The notes: generated by a model not told the origin, from the sequence alone. A stretch of 64,000 bases of DNA from an uncultured delta proteobacterium (GCA_963850305.1 CAWKKR010000007.1:1-64000); one strand, 5' to 3'; positions 41,437 through 53,530 are shown, numbered from the stretch's first letter. A program made the numbers and translations.

Positions 41437-42201
41437 TCAGCCCCGGACTGCCGCGCGGACGATGGCGGCAAACGACTCCCCGTCGAGCGACGCGCCGCCG
41501 ACGAGGGCTCCGTCTACGTTGGGGCAGCCCAGGAGGGCTGGGGCGTTGTCGGGTTTCACGCTGCCTCCATAGAGCACCCGCGTCCGGTCCGCGAGCGCCT
41601 TGGATTTTCCGCGGAGTCTCTCGCGAATTGCGCGGTGTGCTTCCTCGGCCTGGTCGGGCCCCGCGACCTTGCCGGTGCCGATTGCCCACACCGGCTCGTA
41701 CGCGATGACGCCCGCCCCCGGTTCTTTTGCGAGCTCCCCGCTGAAGGCGTCGAGCTGTTGGCAGACGACGTCGAGGGTCCGGCCGGCTTCGCGCTCCGCA
41801 AGGGTCTCGCCCACGCAAACGATCGGGCGAAGGTGCGCCAGCAGAGCTGCGATGACCTTCTCACGCACGGAGACATCGTTTTCACCAAAGAGCTGCCGCC
41901 GCTCGCTGTGACCGATGATGACCCAGCGACAGCCAGCTTCGACGAGCATGCCGGCGCTGATCTCGCCAGTGAACGCGCCCTCGTGCTTGGCATGGAGATT
42001 CTGAGCGGCGACATCGACGCGGCTGCCCTCGGTCTCGTGCGAAATGGCGGCGAGTGCGGTGAACGGGGGTGCGACGACGATCTCGACGCCCGCCATGTCG
42101 TGCGTGAGCACGGCTATGTCGTGCGCGAGGCGAATGCCGTCCGCACCGCCGCGATACATCTTCCAGTTGCCCGCGATGAGGGGCGTTCGCGAGGCATCCA
42201 T
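41437..42201 (-). CDS. tpiA: Triosephosphate isomerase
   Basis: AGNWKM, GHSERR, AYEPVWAIGTG, YGGSVK, LVGGASL. Confidence 0.98.
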   Translation of the reverse strand: MDASRTPLIAGNWKMYRGGADGIRLAHDIAVLTHDMAGVEIVVAPPFTALAAISHETEGSRVDVAAQNLHAKHEGAFTGEISAGMLVEAGCRWVIIGHSERRQLFGENDVSVREKVIAALLAHLRPIVCVGETLAEREAGRTLDVVCQQLDAFSGELAKEPGAGVIAYEPVWAIGTGKVAGPDQAEEAHRAIRERLRGKSKALADRTRVLYGGSVKPDNAPALLGCPNVDGALVGGASLDGESFAAIVRAAVRG

Positions 42202-42204
42202 GAT

Positions 42205-43410
42205 TCAGCTCGCGACGCGCAGCGCTTCCACGCCGGGCAGTTTCTTGCCTTCGATGAGCTCGAGGGCCGCTCCACCGCCCGTCGAGATGAAGCCGATCTT
42301 CGTTTTGATGTCGTCGCCCGCGGCGCGAATCGCCGCGGCGCTGTCACCGCCGCCCACGACGCTGAAGGCTGCGGACGTGCTGAGCGCCCTGGCTATCGCG
42401 AACGTCCCTTCGGCGAAGGCGGCGTTCTCGAAGAGCCCCATCGGGCCATTCCAGAATACGGTCTTCGCCGCTGCGATCCGGCTCGCAAAGCGCTCCGCCG
42501 TCTGCCTTCCGATGTCGAGGGCCATCTCGCCGTCCGTCAGGAGATCGATCTCCCTGCGCCGGCCGCTCGTCGCGTCGATGTCCGTCGCCGTGACGACGTC
42601 GACCGGCAAGAGCACGTCCACGCCCTTGTCTTTCGCCTTCTCGAGGAGCGTCCGCGAAAGCGACAGCTTGTCCTTCTCCACGCGCGACGCCCTGAGATCC
42701 TTGCCTTGCGCGGCAAGGAGCGTGTTCGCCATCGCGCCGCCGATGCAGAGCGTGTCGCAGCGGTCGAGAAGCGCTTCGATGACGGGGATCTTGTCGCTGA
42801 CCTTGGCCCCGCCCAGTACGACGACGAAGGGCCGCTCGGGCGAATCCGCGATCCTGCTCAGGGACGTCAGCTCGTCCCTGAGCAGGAATCCCATTGCGCG
42901 CTCGCGCTTCAGGAGCGGAAGCGCGTGCACGGAGGCGTGAGCGCGATGGGCAGCGCCGAACGCGTCGTTCACGTACACGTCGCAGAGGTCGGCGAGCTCC
43001 CGCGCGAAGGCTTCGTCGTCCGCTTGTTCCTCGGCGTGGAAGCGCAGATTTTCGAGCAGGACGACCTGATTCTTCCTCACGTCCGCCACCACCTTGCGCG
43101 CGGCGTCGCCGAGACAATCGTCGGGCAGCAGGACCTCGTACCCCGTGAGTTCCGAGAGACGCGCGCCGCACGGTTCGAGGCTGTACCTGGCCTCGGGCTT
43201 CCCCTTCGGGCGCCCGAGGTGCGACGCGAGAATGACCTTCGCGCCGGCGTTCATCGCGTGCGCGATCGTCGGCAGGGTGCGAACGATCCGTTCGTCGTCC
43301 GTGATCTTGCCGGCGTCGTCCAGCGGCACGTTGAAATCGACGCGGATCAAGACTCGCTTTCCTTCGAGGGAAAGTTCGTCGATGCGGCGAATGCCGTCGA
43401 GCGAGAGCAT
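42205..43410 (-). CDS. pgk: Phosphoglycerate kinase
   Basis: RVDFNVP, SHLGRP, LENLRF, WNGPMG, ISTGGGA. Confidence 0.98.
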   Translation of the reverse strand: MLSLDGIRRIDELSLEGKRVLIRVDFNVPLDDAGKITDDERIVRTLPTIAHAMNAGAKVILASHLGRPKGKPEARYSLEPCGARLSELTGYEVLLPDDCLGDAARKVVADVRKNQVVLLENLRFHAEEQADDEAFARELADLCDVYVNDAFGAAHRAHASVHALPLLKRERAMGFLLRDELTSLSRIADSPERPFVVVLGGAKVSDKIPVIEALLDRCDTLCIGGAMANTLLAAQGKDLRASRVEKDKLSLSRTLLEKAKDKGVDVLLPVDVVTATDIDATSGRRREIDLLTDGEMALDIGRQTAERFASRIAAAKTVFWNGPMGLFENAAFAEGTFAIARALSTSAAFSVVGGGDSAAAIRAAGDDIKTKIGFISTGGGAALELIEGKKLPGVEALRVAS

Positions 43411-43413
43411 CGC

Positions 43414-44442
<1,029 letters not shown>

Positions 44443-44623
44443 TCACTCCTCGTAGCGCACGAGTCCCCGTTCGAGACTCACCTCCGGGCGTTTCCGGCTC
44501 GCGCGGATCTTTCGCGTCGAGGTGCCCGTCGGCGGCGGGACCGTAGCGTCGAGATCCCCCTTGGTCAAGAGAGCTGGACGCGCGAATCCCGGGAGTTTCA
44601 CGCGGTGCGGCGTGGGCGTCCGC

Positions 44624-45472
44624 TCAGTCTGGAAGCCCGAACGCGCGCGCCAGATCCCCGACGACCTCGCCGATATCACGTGGCCCACTCAGAAACGCGG
44701 TTCCGACGAGCGCAGCGTCGTAGCCCGCGTTCCGCGCTGCCGCGAGCTCCTCGGCCCGATGGATTCCACTTTCGGCGACGGCCAGCTTCCCGGCGGGCAC
44801 GAGCTTCCGGAATTCTCGGTGCTGCCGCACGTCGGTCGGAAGATCGTGTCGCTCGCCGGGGCGGAGTTCCGCGGGCCCGGTCGTCGCGAATTGCCTCGCG
44901 TTGACGCCCCAGATACGCGCCTCGGGCGGAACGACGGCCACGAGATCTTCGATGCGCCGCTCGGTCATTCCGAGCTCGACGAGGACGTCCAGGTCGAGCG
45001 AGCGCGCGAGCGCGTAGAGGCGCCGCATCGTCTCTGGCTCCGCGGCCAGGACCGACGCCATCAGGAGGATCGCGTCTGCGCCGAACGCGCGGGCCTCGAC
45101 CACCTGATAGTCGGTCACGATGAAGTCCTTGCGCAGGACGGGCTTTTTCACGAGCGTGCGTGCGGCGGAAAGGTCCGCGAGCTTGCCGTCGAAATAATCC
45201 TCGTCGGTCAGCACACTCACGGCGACGACCCACGGCGTCTCTGCGTAGGTCGCGTAGGCCCGAGCGACGTTCTCCGGGCGCGACGCGCCTCCGCTCGGCG
45301 ACCGCCGCTTGTGTTCTGCGATCACGCCGAAGCCGTTCGAGAGCGCGTCGTGAAACGATCTCACGGGAGGTGCGTCGGCGATGCGCGCGCGCACCTCGGC
45401 GAGCGGTAGCGCGGCCTCCCGCTCGGCGACACGCCGTCGCGTGTTCCCCACGATCGCGGACAGAACCGACAT
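44624..45472 (-). CDS. trpC: Indole-3-glycerol phosphate synthase-like protein
   Basis: IAEHKRRSPS, SVLTD, LRKDFI, GADAILL, AESGI, LVG. Confidence 0.85.
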   Translation of the reverse strand: MSVLSAIVGNTRRRVAEREAALPLAEVRARIADAPPVRSFHDALSNGFGVIAEHKRRSPSGGASRPENVARAYATYAETPWVVAVSVLTDEDYFDGKLADLSAARTLVKKPVLRKDFIVTDYQVVEARAFGADAILLMASVLAAEPETMRRLYALARSLDLDVLVELGMTERRIEDLVAVVPPEARIWGVNARQFATTGPAELRPGERHDLPTDVRQHREFRKLVPAGKLAVAESGIHRAEELAAARNAGYDAALVGTAFLSGPRDIGEVVGDLARAFGLPD

Positions 45473-47324
45473 CAGGAGGTCGCGATGTTTCCCGGAACCT
45501 GCAGAGCGAGCCGTGTTCTCAGGATCTCGAACATCTTGAACGGCTTCTCCTTGCCCTTCAGGTGAGCTGGCGGCAGCTCCTTGTATTCGAAGCGGCGCCG
45601 AGCCGCGCGAGCGTCGGCTCGCTCACGATGATCTGTCCACCGCTCGCGACCCCGCAGAGCCGCGCGCTCGTGTTCGCGGTGTCGCCGATGACGGTGTACG
45701 AGAGCGCCTTCGAGCTGCCGATGTAGCCGGCGACGAGCGGGCCGGTGTGGATGCCGATGCCGATGGCGAGCGGTTCCCCGTCTCGCCTGCAGGCGATCCT
45801 TGTTGAACTTGCCGAGCTGCTCCATCTGTCGAGGGCACAGCACACACAGCGGATCGGGTCGTCGTCCGCGCGGAACCGGCGCGCCCCAGAGGGCCATGAT
45901 GCCGTCGCCCATGAACTTGTCGAGCGTGCCCTCGTACTTGAAGATCGTCTCGACCATCTGCTCGAAGTAGTCGTTGAGGATCTCGACGAGGTGCGCCGGA
46001 TCCGCGCTCTCGCTCATGCGCGGTGAAGCCGCGGATGTCGCTGTTGAAGACGGTGCACTCCTCGACGAGCTGACCGCCGCGCTTCACCTCGAGCTCGCCC
46101 GAGATCACGCGCTCGGCGACGTTCGGCGAGAGGAGCCGGCTGAAGCGCTCGCGCTTGACGATCTCCTGCTCGATCTTCTTGCCGAGGATGTTGATCTCGA
46201 TGAACATCGCGGCTTGGTTGGCGATGGCGCGTGACCATCTCGAGATCCTTCTGCTGGAACTGGGCGAGCGTCTCGGAGTCGAGCCAGAGGACGCCGAGCA
46301 CGTCGTCGTCGTGAAGCAGCGGCGCGACGATGGCGGAGCTGATCCGGTTCAGGATCATGCTCTTGCCCTTCGAGGCGGCGAAATCCATCGCGGCGTCGTG
46401 CGTGAGCACGGTCGCGCGCTCCTTGATCACGTGGTTCAGGATCGTCGAGCTGACGTTGATCGGCGCGCCGGTGCCGTCGCGCCGTAGGCTCGCGCCCGGG
46501 ATCAGGTCGTCCTTCTCCTTCAGGAAGATGACGCCGCGATCGGCGCGGACGAACTTGAAGACGCTGATCAGGATCTTGTTGAGGAGCGACGGCAAGTCGC
46601 GCTCGAGGCCGATCTCGCGCGACAGCTCGTGCGAGAGGCGCAGGCGCTCGTAGTCTGCGACGAGCTGCTGGGTGTTCGTCGATAGCTGGTCGTACGGGAG
46701 GAAGCCCTTTTGCGTCGCGGCGATCTGCGTGCCGATCGCGCGGCTCGTGTCGTTGACGTCGATGCGCGTCGAACCGAGATTGGGGCGCGGCGCCGACACC
46801 GGAGCTCCCGGGATGAACGGCGCGGCGATGGGTGCGAAGCCCGCAGGTTGTGGTGAGAACCCTCCGGCCGCTGGTGCGAGGACGGCACCCATCGCGGCGG
46901 GGCTCCTGGCGACGCCCGACACTGGTCCGTGCGGAGACTCGACGGCGGGTAGAGGCGCACGCGCCGTCGCGGGGGCCGAAGGGATCACCGGCTGCGGCAG
47001 CGCGTGGGCCGCCGGAGCAGGAAGGACCGGCGCGGATTGCGGAACGTCCTCGAGACGCGCGCGCGTCGACCCGAGGGCAATGTCATCGCCGTGCTTGAGT
47101 GGTCGTTCGCCGACCACCCGCTCGCCGTTCACATACGTGCCGTTCAGGCTCCCGAGGTCTTTGAGAACGAACTGCGTGCCACGTCGCTCGATGACGCAGT
47201 GCTCCTTCGAGACGATCTTGTCGAGAAGCTGAATCGAGTTGGTCGGATGACGGCCGAGCGTGTTGTGCACGGCGAGATCGACGACCTGTTGGCCTTCCGG
47301 GGTCGTTAGCAGCAACCGGGCCAT
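45472..47324 (-). CDS. FHA-GAF-class III adenylate/guanylate cyclase, frameshifted in the 3' part
   Basis: FHA (LGRH...SKEH...DLGSLNGT), GAF region, then SDIRGFT, DKFMGDG, IGIHTG, GDTANTSARL and LKGK. Confidence 0.9.
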
Positions 47325-47422
47325 CGGGACCGAAGGCTACCGTCCGCGCAGCGCGACGACAAGCGAACATGGAATGTCGCGACCGATCTTCTTCGGGTTT
47401 GCTACGCTGCCTCGGGCAGATC

Positions 47423-48943
47423 ATGGCGCGGCACATCCTCGCGATCGATCAGGGGACGACGGGTTCGACCGCCCTGGTCATGTCGCTCGAGGGCGCGACG
47501 CTCGGTCGGGACAATCGCGAGTTCCGCCAGCACTTCCCGGCACCGGGCCACGTCGAGCACGACGCGGACGAGATCTGGGCGAGCGTCGAAGAAGCGGTGT
47601 CGGGAGCTCTCCGCGCGGCGGGTGTTCGCGGCACCGACATTGCCGCCATCGGAATCACGAACCAACGCGAAACCACTCTCGTCTGGGACCGTAAGTCGGA
47701 ACGGCCGATCCACCGCGCGATCGTCTGGCAGGATCGAAGGACGGCCGAAGCGTGCTCGGGTCTGCGGAGCCAAGGGTACGAAGGCCGTGTCCGTGACCGC
47801 ACCGGGCTCGTCCTCGACCCCTACTTTTCGGCGACCAAGATCGCGTGGTTGCTGGACGCCGTCGAAGGCGCTCGTGGTCGGGCCGAGCGAGGCGAGCTCG
47901 CATTCGGCACGATCGACTCCTTCTTGATCGCGAAGCTTGCTGGAGGGACGGCGGCTGCGGCCCCGCACGTCACCGACGTGACCAACGCTTCGCGCACGCT
48001 ACTGATGGACATACGGAAGCTACGCTGGGATAGAGAGCTCTGCGAGCTCTTTCGCGTTCCTGTCGCGGTTCTGCCCAGGATAGTGGACAGCTCGGGGCGA
48101 ATTGCCGAGACCCGCGGGCTCGGGATGCTGCCGGACGGCATCCCGATCGCCGGCATCGCTGGCGATCAACAGGCAGCGCTCTTCGGTCAGGCGTGCCACG
48201 CCGCCGGCGACGTGAAGTGCACGTACGGCACCGGCGCTTTCGTCGTCATGAACACCGGGACCGAGATCGTACGAAGCCGGTCGGGTCTCCTCGCGACCGT
48301 GGGATGGAAGATCGGAGATCAGGTCGTTTACGCCCTCGAGGGCAGCTGTTTCGTGGCCGGCGCGGCGGTCCAGTGGCTCCGCGACGGGCTCGGTCTCATC
48401 GGTTCCGCCGCCGAGGTCGAGGCGCTCGCCAGCCAGGTATCATCGAGCGACGGGGTGGTCTTCGTGCCCGCCCTGTCGGGTCTCGGGGCACCGTACTGGG
48501 ATCCCGACGCACGCGGCCTCATCACCGGAATCACTCGGGGGACGACGCGCGCACATCTGGCGCGGGCGACGCTCGAGGCGATCGGGCATCAGGTCGACGA
48601 CCTGGTCCTGGCAATGAAGGCCGATCTCGGAGAGGGTATCGGGGCATCCCTTTCTCGGATGCGGGTTGACGGCGGAGCCGCCGCGAACGATGTTCTGATG
48701 CAATATCAGAGTGATCTATCCGACTTGATCGTGGAGCGGCCCACGGAGCTCGAGTCGACCGCGCGCGGTGCAGCAATGCTCGCCGGGCTCGGAATCGGGC
48801 TTTTCAAGAGCGGCGCGGAAGCGTCCCAGATGACAAAAATCCAAAGAAGATTCGAACCCGCCATGTCCGAGGAAGCGCGACGAGCGAGGCACGCGGCGTG
48901 GAACGCCGCGGTGTCGCGCGCGAAGACCCGTGCTTCCGGATGA
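47423..48943 (+). CDS. glpK: Glycerol kinase
   Basis: IDQGTTG, TNQRET, WQDRRT, GDQQAALFGQ, KCTYGTG, RVDGG. Confidence 0.97.
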   Translation: MARHILAIDQGTTGSTALVMSLEGATLGRDNREFRQHFPAPGHVEHDADEIWASVEEAVSGALRAAGVRGTDIAAIGITNQRETTLVWDRKSERPIHRAIVWQDRRTAEACSGLRSQGYEGRVRDRTGLVLDPYFSATKIAWLLDAVEGARGRAERGELAFGTIDSFLIAKLAGGTAAAAPHVTDVTNASRTLLMDIRKLRWDRELCELFRVPVAVLPRIVDSSGRIAETRGLGMLPDGIPIAGIAGDQQAALFGQACHAAGDVKCTYGTGAFVVMNTGTEIVRSRSGLLATVGWKIGDQVVYALEGSCFVAGAAVQWLRDGLGLIGSAAEVEALASQVSSSDGVVFVPALSGLGAPYWDPDARGLITGITRGTTRAHLARATLEAIGHQVDDLVLAMKADLGEGIGASLSRMRVDGGAAANDVLMQYQSDLSDLIVERPTELESTARGAAMLAGLGIGLFKSGAEASQMTKIQRRFEPAMSEEARRARHAAWNAAVSRAKTRASG

Positions 48944-48964
48944 GGCGCGAGGAGCGAGACGACC

Positions 48965-49738
48965 ATGACTAACGGTGACAAGGGAAGCGGCGCGACCGCA
49001 TCTCCCGCGATTCGCGACGTCCCCGTGGACTGGGAAGCGCTCGAGGACGCGTTCGAAAACAACGCGCCCGAGGTGCACAGTTATCTGCACCTCGGGACGG
49101 GGGAAGTTCTGCGCGTCGTGGACGGCATCGCCGATCCGGAGATGCACGCCCGCATCGCCGCGGACCCGAGCTACCTGCGCGTGGACCCCGTCAGTTCTCG
49201 CGAACAATACCGATGGATGGAGCGCTTCATCCTCATGCTCGAGGAGGGGGAGCTGCGGGATAATCTGACCACCGCCATCGACGGAAAGGGCGCCTTTCGC
49301 CGATTCAAGGACGTCTTGATGGCGCACGGGCCAGAGCGCGAGCGCTGGTTCGCTTTTCGCAGCGAGAGGCTTCGCGTCTTCATGGAAGCCTGGCTCGGCG
49401 CCCACGCGCTGCGGCCCGTGCTTCGCCCCGTGTGGCCCGCGCCGACCGCGGAACGTCCCGTATCGTCGGCCAGCGGGGCCCCGGCTCCCGAGGCGCCCCC
49501 GAGCGACGCCGCCGCGCTGCGCGTCGGCAGCTCGGAAGCGCTGCGGCGGCATCTCCAGGACATCGCGGACACCCTCGGCCTCCGCGATCTGGAGAAAGTC
49601 ACGGCGTTCGCCGAGTTCGTGAAGTCCCGCCGGGCGGCGCGCGCATTCGCGCGGCGCCGAGATCAGCTGGACGCCGACTCCGACGGTCGCTCCGACCCCG
49701 GTGACGATCCGGACAGCGAGCGCCCGTCGAGAGGCTGA
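48965..49738 (+). CDS. UPF0158 family protein
   Basis: YLHLGTGEV, SSREQYRWMERF, AIDGKGAFRRFKDVL. Confidence 0.85.
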   Translation: MTNGDKGSGATASPAIRDVPVDWEALEDAFENNAPEVHSYLHLGTGEVLRVVDGIADPEMHARIAADPSYLRVDPVSSREQYRWMERFILMLEEGELRDNLTTAIDGKGAFRRFKDVLMAHGPERERWFAFRSERLRVFMEAWLGAHALRPVLRPVWPAPTAERPVSSASGAPAPEAPPSDAAALRVGSSEALRRHLQDIADTLGLRDLEKVTAFAEFVKSRRAARAFARRRDQLDADSDGRSDPGDDPDSERPSRG

Positions 49739-49744
49739 GCCGAG

Positions 49745-50434
49745 ATGGCCGAGCGGCGGCGGCTCGCCCGACGGACGGCGCTCGGTGCGATCGTCGTCCT
49801 GACGGCGCTTTCGGCACGCCGCGCCGAGGCGGCACCCGTGCTCGTCGATCGCGCGGTCGTCCGCTTCGTCACGCGGGAGACCGGCGGCAGCGCCGCGCCA
49901 CGCTTCATCTTCGAGCGTGAGCTCGCGTTCGAGGCGCGCATCGAGTCCCTTGCGGAAGGGGCCACCGATTCGACCGAGCCTTTTCGCTCGCGCCACGTGC
50001 GAGCCGCGCTCGAGCGGCACATTGCCGAAACAGTGCTCGAGAGCCTCGGCATCGATCCGGCGCCGACGGAGCCCGTCGTGGCGGCGCGCATGGATCAGGC
50101 GCGGCTCGCGCTACTCGAGCGCGTCGGCGGAGTCGTCCCGCTCACCGAAGCCGCGCATGCCGAGGGGATAGGTGACAGCGAGCTGTTGCGACTATTGCGG
50201 CGTCAGGCCCTCGCGAGCCTGTACCTGGATCGAATGGTCGCGCCCATGCTCAACCCGACCGAGCCCGAGCTCCGCGCGATTCACCGGACCCAGCGCACGC
50301 CGTTCTCGGGAAAGCCGTTCGTAGAGGTCGAGCCGGCGCTGCGCCGCTGGTACGTCGAGAGCCGGCTCGGAACAGCGCTCGCCGCGTACTACGACGGTCT
50401 GCGGACGCGTCTCACCGTGGTGATCCTTCGGTAA
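49745..50434 (+). CDS. Secreted hypothetical protein, SurA N-terminal-like
   Basis: Signal ending AEA, then VDRAVVRF and a helical body. Confidence 0.6.
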   Translation: MAERRRLARRTALGAIVVLTALSARRAEAAPVLVDRAVVRFVTRETGGSAAPRFIFERELAFEARIESLAEGATDSTEPFRSRHVRAALERHIAETVLESLGIDPAPTEPVVAARMDQARLALLERVGGVVPLTEAAHAEGIGDSELLRLLRRQALASLYLDRMVAPMLNPTEPELRAIHRTQRTPFSGKPFVEVEPALRRWYVESRLGTALAAYYDGLRTRLTVVILR

Positions 50435-50496
50435 GTGCCGGCGGCCGAGGCTCGCCAAACTTTTCCCTGTTCGGGCCGTCGAGCCAAGATCGCGTC

Positions 50497-52419
50497 GTGG
50501 CCACCTTTCTCGGCAAGGCGTTCGCTGGTCCTCGGGCGCGCACTCGGAAGACTCACACGAGGCCCGCGCCTCGTCCGGCGCCCGCGTCGTTTCCCGTCGG
50601 GCTTGCCGTGGGACTATGCGCGCTACTCGCCAATCTCCCCGCGGCGGCGCAGGCGTCGCTGAATCAGCTTTACCCGGACAAGTTCGACCTCAACGTGTTC
50701 GAGCCCGCTCCGGCCGGCGATCGCTTCTTCGGCGTGGCCGACGCGTCGAGCATGACGGATTGCAAAGTCCGCCTGGGCCTCGTCGGAGACTACACGCTCT
50801 TCCGTCCGCCACTCGAACGCACGGACGAGTCGACCGGCGGCTCGGTGAACATCGTCTCGCACGAGCTCAACCTGCACGCGGGCGTTGCGTTCCCGATCAC
50901 GGACTTCTTGCATGCGAACGCGGACATTCCCTTCGTCGCATCCCAGACGGGCGATGCGGCGGAGACGCCCAAGGGCGGTGTGTTCGGCGACCCGCGTGTC
51001 GGCCTGCGCGCCAATCTCGTCGACCCCGACATCGAGGCCGTCGCGTTCGGCCCCGCCGTGGACGTCTGGGTGCCGGTGGGCAGTAAAGACAACCTCGCGG
51101 GGGATGAATCGGCGCGGGTCGACGCGAGGCTCGGCGTTTCGGGTCGCGCGGGAGTGTTCATCTATTCCGCCAATGGCGGCTATCTCTTCAGGAAGAAGAT
51201 CGATACCGGCTCGCTCGAATACGGCCCGGGTTTCACGTTTCAGGCCGCCGTCGGACTCTCACTGTTCGACGACGCGCTGCAAATCGGACCCGAGATCTGG
51301 GGCGCTCACCAGAGGAACCCGGACTACGACGATTCCAAAGTCACGCCGATCTCCGCGCTCTTCGGCGCGAAGGTTCGCGCTGGCGACTTCGTGGGTGGGA
51401 TCGCGGGCGGTCCGGGGCTCTCCGCGGCGCCCGGCGTTGCCCCGCGTCTCGTCGTGAGTCTGGCACTCGCTCCGGACACCCATGTCGAAGAGGCGCCGGT
51501 CGCGCCGGTGTCCGTGAGCGGACCGCGTGACGGCGACCACGACGGCGTCCCCGACGCGAGGGACGCGTGTCCTGACGTGGCCGGAGTCGAATCGAGCGAT
51601 GCGTCGAGGAACGGGTGCCCGTCGGAGGCCGCGCCGGAAAAACTCGCCGCGGCGCCAGCCGACAGCGACGGCGACGGTATTCCCGACTCGGACGATGCCT
51701 GTCCCGACAAGCTCGGCGATCACACCGACGACCCGAAGACGAACGGCTGCCCGAAACCCCGCATCGCCGACGCCGACGGCGACGGCGTGCGCGACGAGAT
51801 CGATGCGTGCCCCGACCAGAAGGGCGTGGCGACGTCGGACCCGAAGACGAATGGTTGTCCGCCGAAGATCGCCGACGCCGACGGCGATGGCGTCCTGGAC
51901 AAGGACGACGCGTGCCCTCACGACGCCGGCGCCGCATCCTCGGACCCGAAGATGAACGGCTGCCCGAAGTCCGTGAATGTCGCGGAGTCCTCCGGCGCCA
52001 ACGCGAACGCACACGCGGCGATCACCTATGCCGGCTTCCAGATGTTCGACGACGGCACGTCGCGGGTTTACGTCCAGCTCACGGAGCCCGTCGCCGTCGA
52101 GGAGACGCTGAAGGGTGCGACGGCCGAGTATCGGCTCGTCGGCGCCACCATCCCCGCCAGGAACAACGAGAACCCGCTCCTCGCCGAGCACTTCGCGGCC
52201 GAGGTTCGAAGCGCGCGTCTTCTGCCCGAGGGCAAGCGAAAGGGAAGGGGCAAGAAGAAGCGAGGCGGTTCCGCGCGACTCGTCGTCGAGATGCGCGAGG
52301 CCGCGCACCCCGAGCATCGCATGATCCAGAACGCCGACGGAACCGCTACCCTCGTCGTCGACTTCCCGAAACCGATGAAGCCCGTCCCACCGGAACCGGA
52401 CTCCACGCCGCCGAAGTGA
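50497..52419 (+). CDS. Outer-membrane beta-barrel protein with thrombospondin type 3 repeats and an AMIN-like C-terminal domain
   Basis: Alternating beta-strand region; four DxDGDGVxDxxDACP...NGCP repeats; SRVYVQL...ARLVVEMR tail. Confidence 0.8.
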   Translation: MATFLGKAFAGPRARTRKTHTRPAPRPAPASFPVGLAVGLCALLANLPAAAQASLNQLYPDKFDLNVFEPAPAGDRFFGVADASSMTDCKVRLGLVGDYTLFRPPLERTDESTGGSVNIVSHELNLHAGVAFPITDFLHANADIPFVASQTGDAAETPKGGVFGDPRVGLRANLVDPDIEAVAFGPAVDVWVPVGSKDNLAGDESARVDARLGVSGRAGVFIYSANGGYLFRKKIDTGSLEYGPGFTFQAAVGLSLFDDALQIGPEIWGAHQRNPDYDDSKVTPISALFGAKVRAGDFVGGIAGGPGLSAAPGVAPRLVVSLALAPDTHVEEAPVAPVSVSGPRDGDHDGVPDARDACPDVAGVESSDASRNGCPSEAAPEKLAAAPADSDGDGIPDSDDACPDKLGDHTDDPKTNGCPKPRIADADGDGVRDEIDACPDQKGVATSDPKTNGCPPKIADADGDGVLDKDDACPHDAGAASSDPKMNGCPKSVNVAESSGANANAHAAITYAGFQMFDDGTSRVYVQLTEPVAVEETLKGATAEYRLVGATIPARNNENPLLAEHFAAEVRSARLLPEGKRKGRGKKKRGGSARLVVEMREAAHPEHRMIQNADGTATLVVDFPKPMKPVPPEPDSTPPK

Positions 52420-52429
52420 CGGCCTCGAA

Positions 52430-53530
52430 TCAGTCGAACAGGATCACGCCGCGGGCGTTCTTCTTCATGTCGTCGAACGCCTGCTGGGCCTCTTCGATGC
52501 GGTATCGCGTCGTCACGAGCTCGTCGAGCTTGAGGCGCTTCATCTTGTAGAGCTCGATGAACTTCGGAAAGTCCACGCGCGGCCGCGTCGAGCCATACAT
52601 CGATCCCGTCAGAATTTTCTCCGTCACAGGCAGGTGAAACGCGGGCAGTTCGACCTTGAGCGAGAACGGCGCGATGCCCACCACGACCGCCATGCCGCCT
52701 TTTCGGACCACCGCGTAGGATTGCGCGATCGTCTCGGGGAAGCCGATGCACTCGAAGGCGTAGTCCGCTGCGCCCACGAGCTTCTTCACGCGGTCGACGG
52801 GGTCGCCGTCTTGCTTGGGGTTCACGACATGTGTTGCGCCGAACACCCTGGCAAACTCGAGCTTCTCGGGCGCGGTGTCGATCGCGACGACGGCGCGCGC
52901 TCCTGAGAGGACCGCGCCCTGGATCACGTTCAGCCCGACGCCGCCCGCGCCGATCACGACGACGACGGAGCCAGGCTCCACTTTCGCCGTGTTCAGGACC
53001 GCACCGACACCCGTCGTCACGGCGCATCCGACGAGTGCGGCGGACGCCATCGGGATGCCGGTCGCGATCTTGATGACGCTGTTCCGGTGAAGCGTCGCGA
53101 ACTCCGCCATCACGGCGGCGCTCATGAAGTGGTTCAGTTCTTTGCCGGCCGCGTCGCGGAGTCGCGTCGTGCCGTCCGGCATTTTCGGCCCGTGCTTGCC
53201 TGGCCGATCGCAGAGGGATGGCCGACCCATCAGACAGAATCTGCACACGCCGCACATGGGGATCCAGGAAACCCCCACCACGTCACCGACGGCGAGATCC
53301 GTCACCCGCTCGCCCACCTCCACGATCGTACCGGCCGCTTCATGCCCGAGGACCGTGTCGGGGGGCACCGGGATCGTCCCGTTCGTCGCGGAGAGGTCGC
53401 TGTGGCACACGCCGCACGCCCCGATCTTGACGGTGACCTCGTCGGGCCCCGGCGGGAGGACCTGCACCACTTCGACGGAAATGCCCTTCTCCGGGCCTCG
53501 ATAAACGACGGCTTTAGCGCTGCGAGTCAT
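52430..53530 (-). CDS. Zn-dependent alcohol dehydrogenase (class III-like)
   Basis: GVCHSD, GHE, CGVCRFC...C, GAGGVG. Confidence 0.95.
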   Translation of the reverse strand: MTRSAKAVVYRGPEKGISVEVVQVLPPGPDEVTVKIGACGVCHSDLSATNGTIPVPPDTVLGHEAAGTIVEVGERVTDLAVGDVVGVSWIPMCGVCRFCLMGRPSLCDRPGKHGPKMPDGTTRLRDAAGKELNHFMSAAVMAEFATLHRNSVIKIATGIPMASAALVGCAVTTGVGAVLNTAKVEPGSVVVVIGAGGVGLNVIQGAVLSGARAVVAIDTAPEKLEFARVFGATHVVNPKQDGDPVDRVKKLVGAADYAFECIGFPETIAQSYAVVRKGGMAVVVGIAPFSLKVELPAFHLPVTEKILTGSMYGSTRPRVDFPKFIELYKMKRLKLDELVTTRYRIEEAQQAFDDMKKNARGVILFD

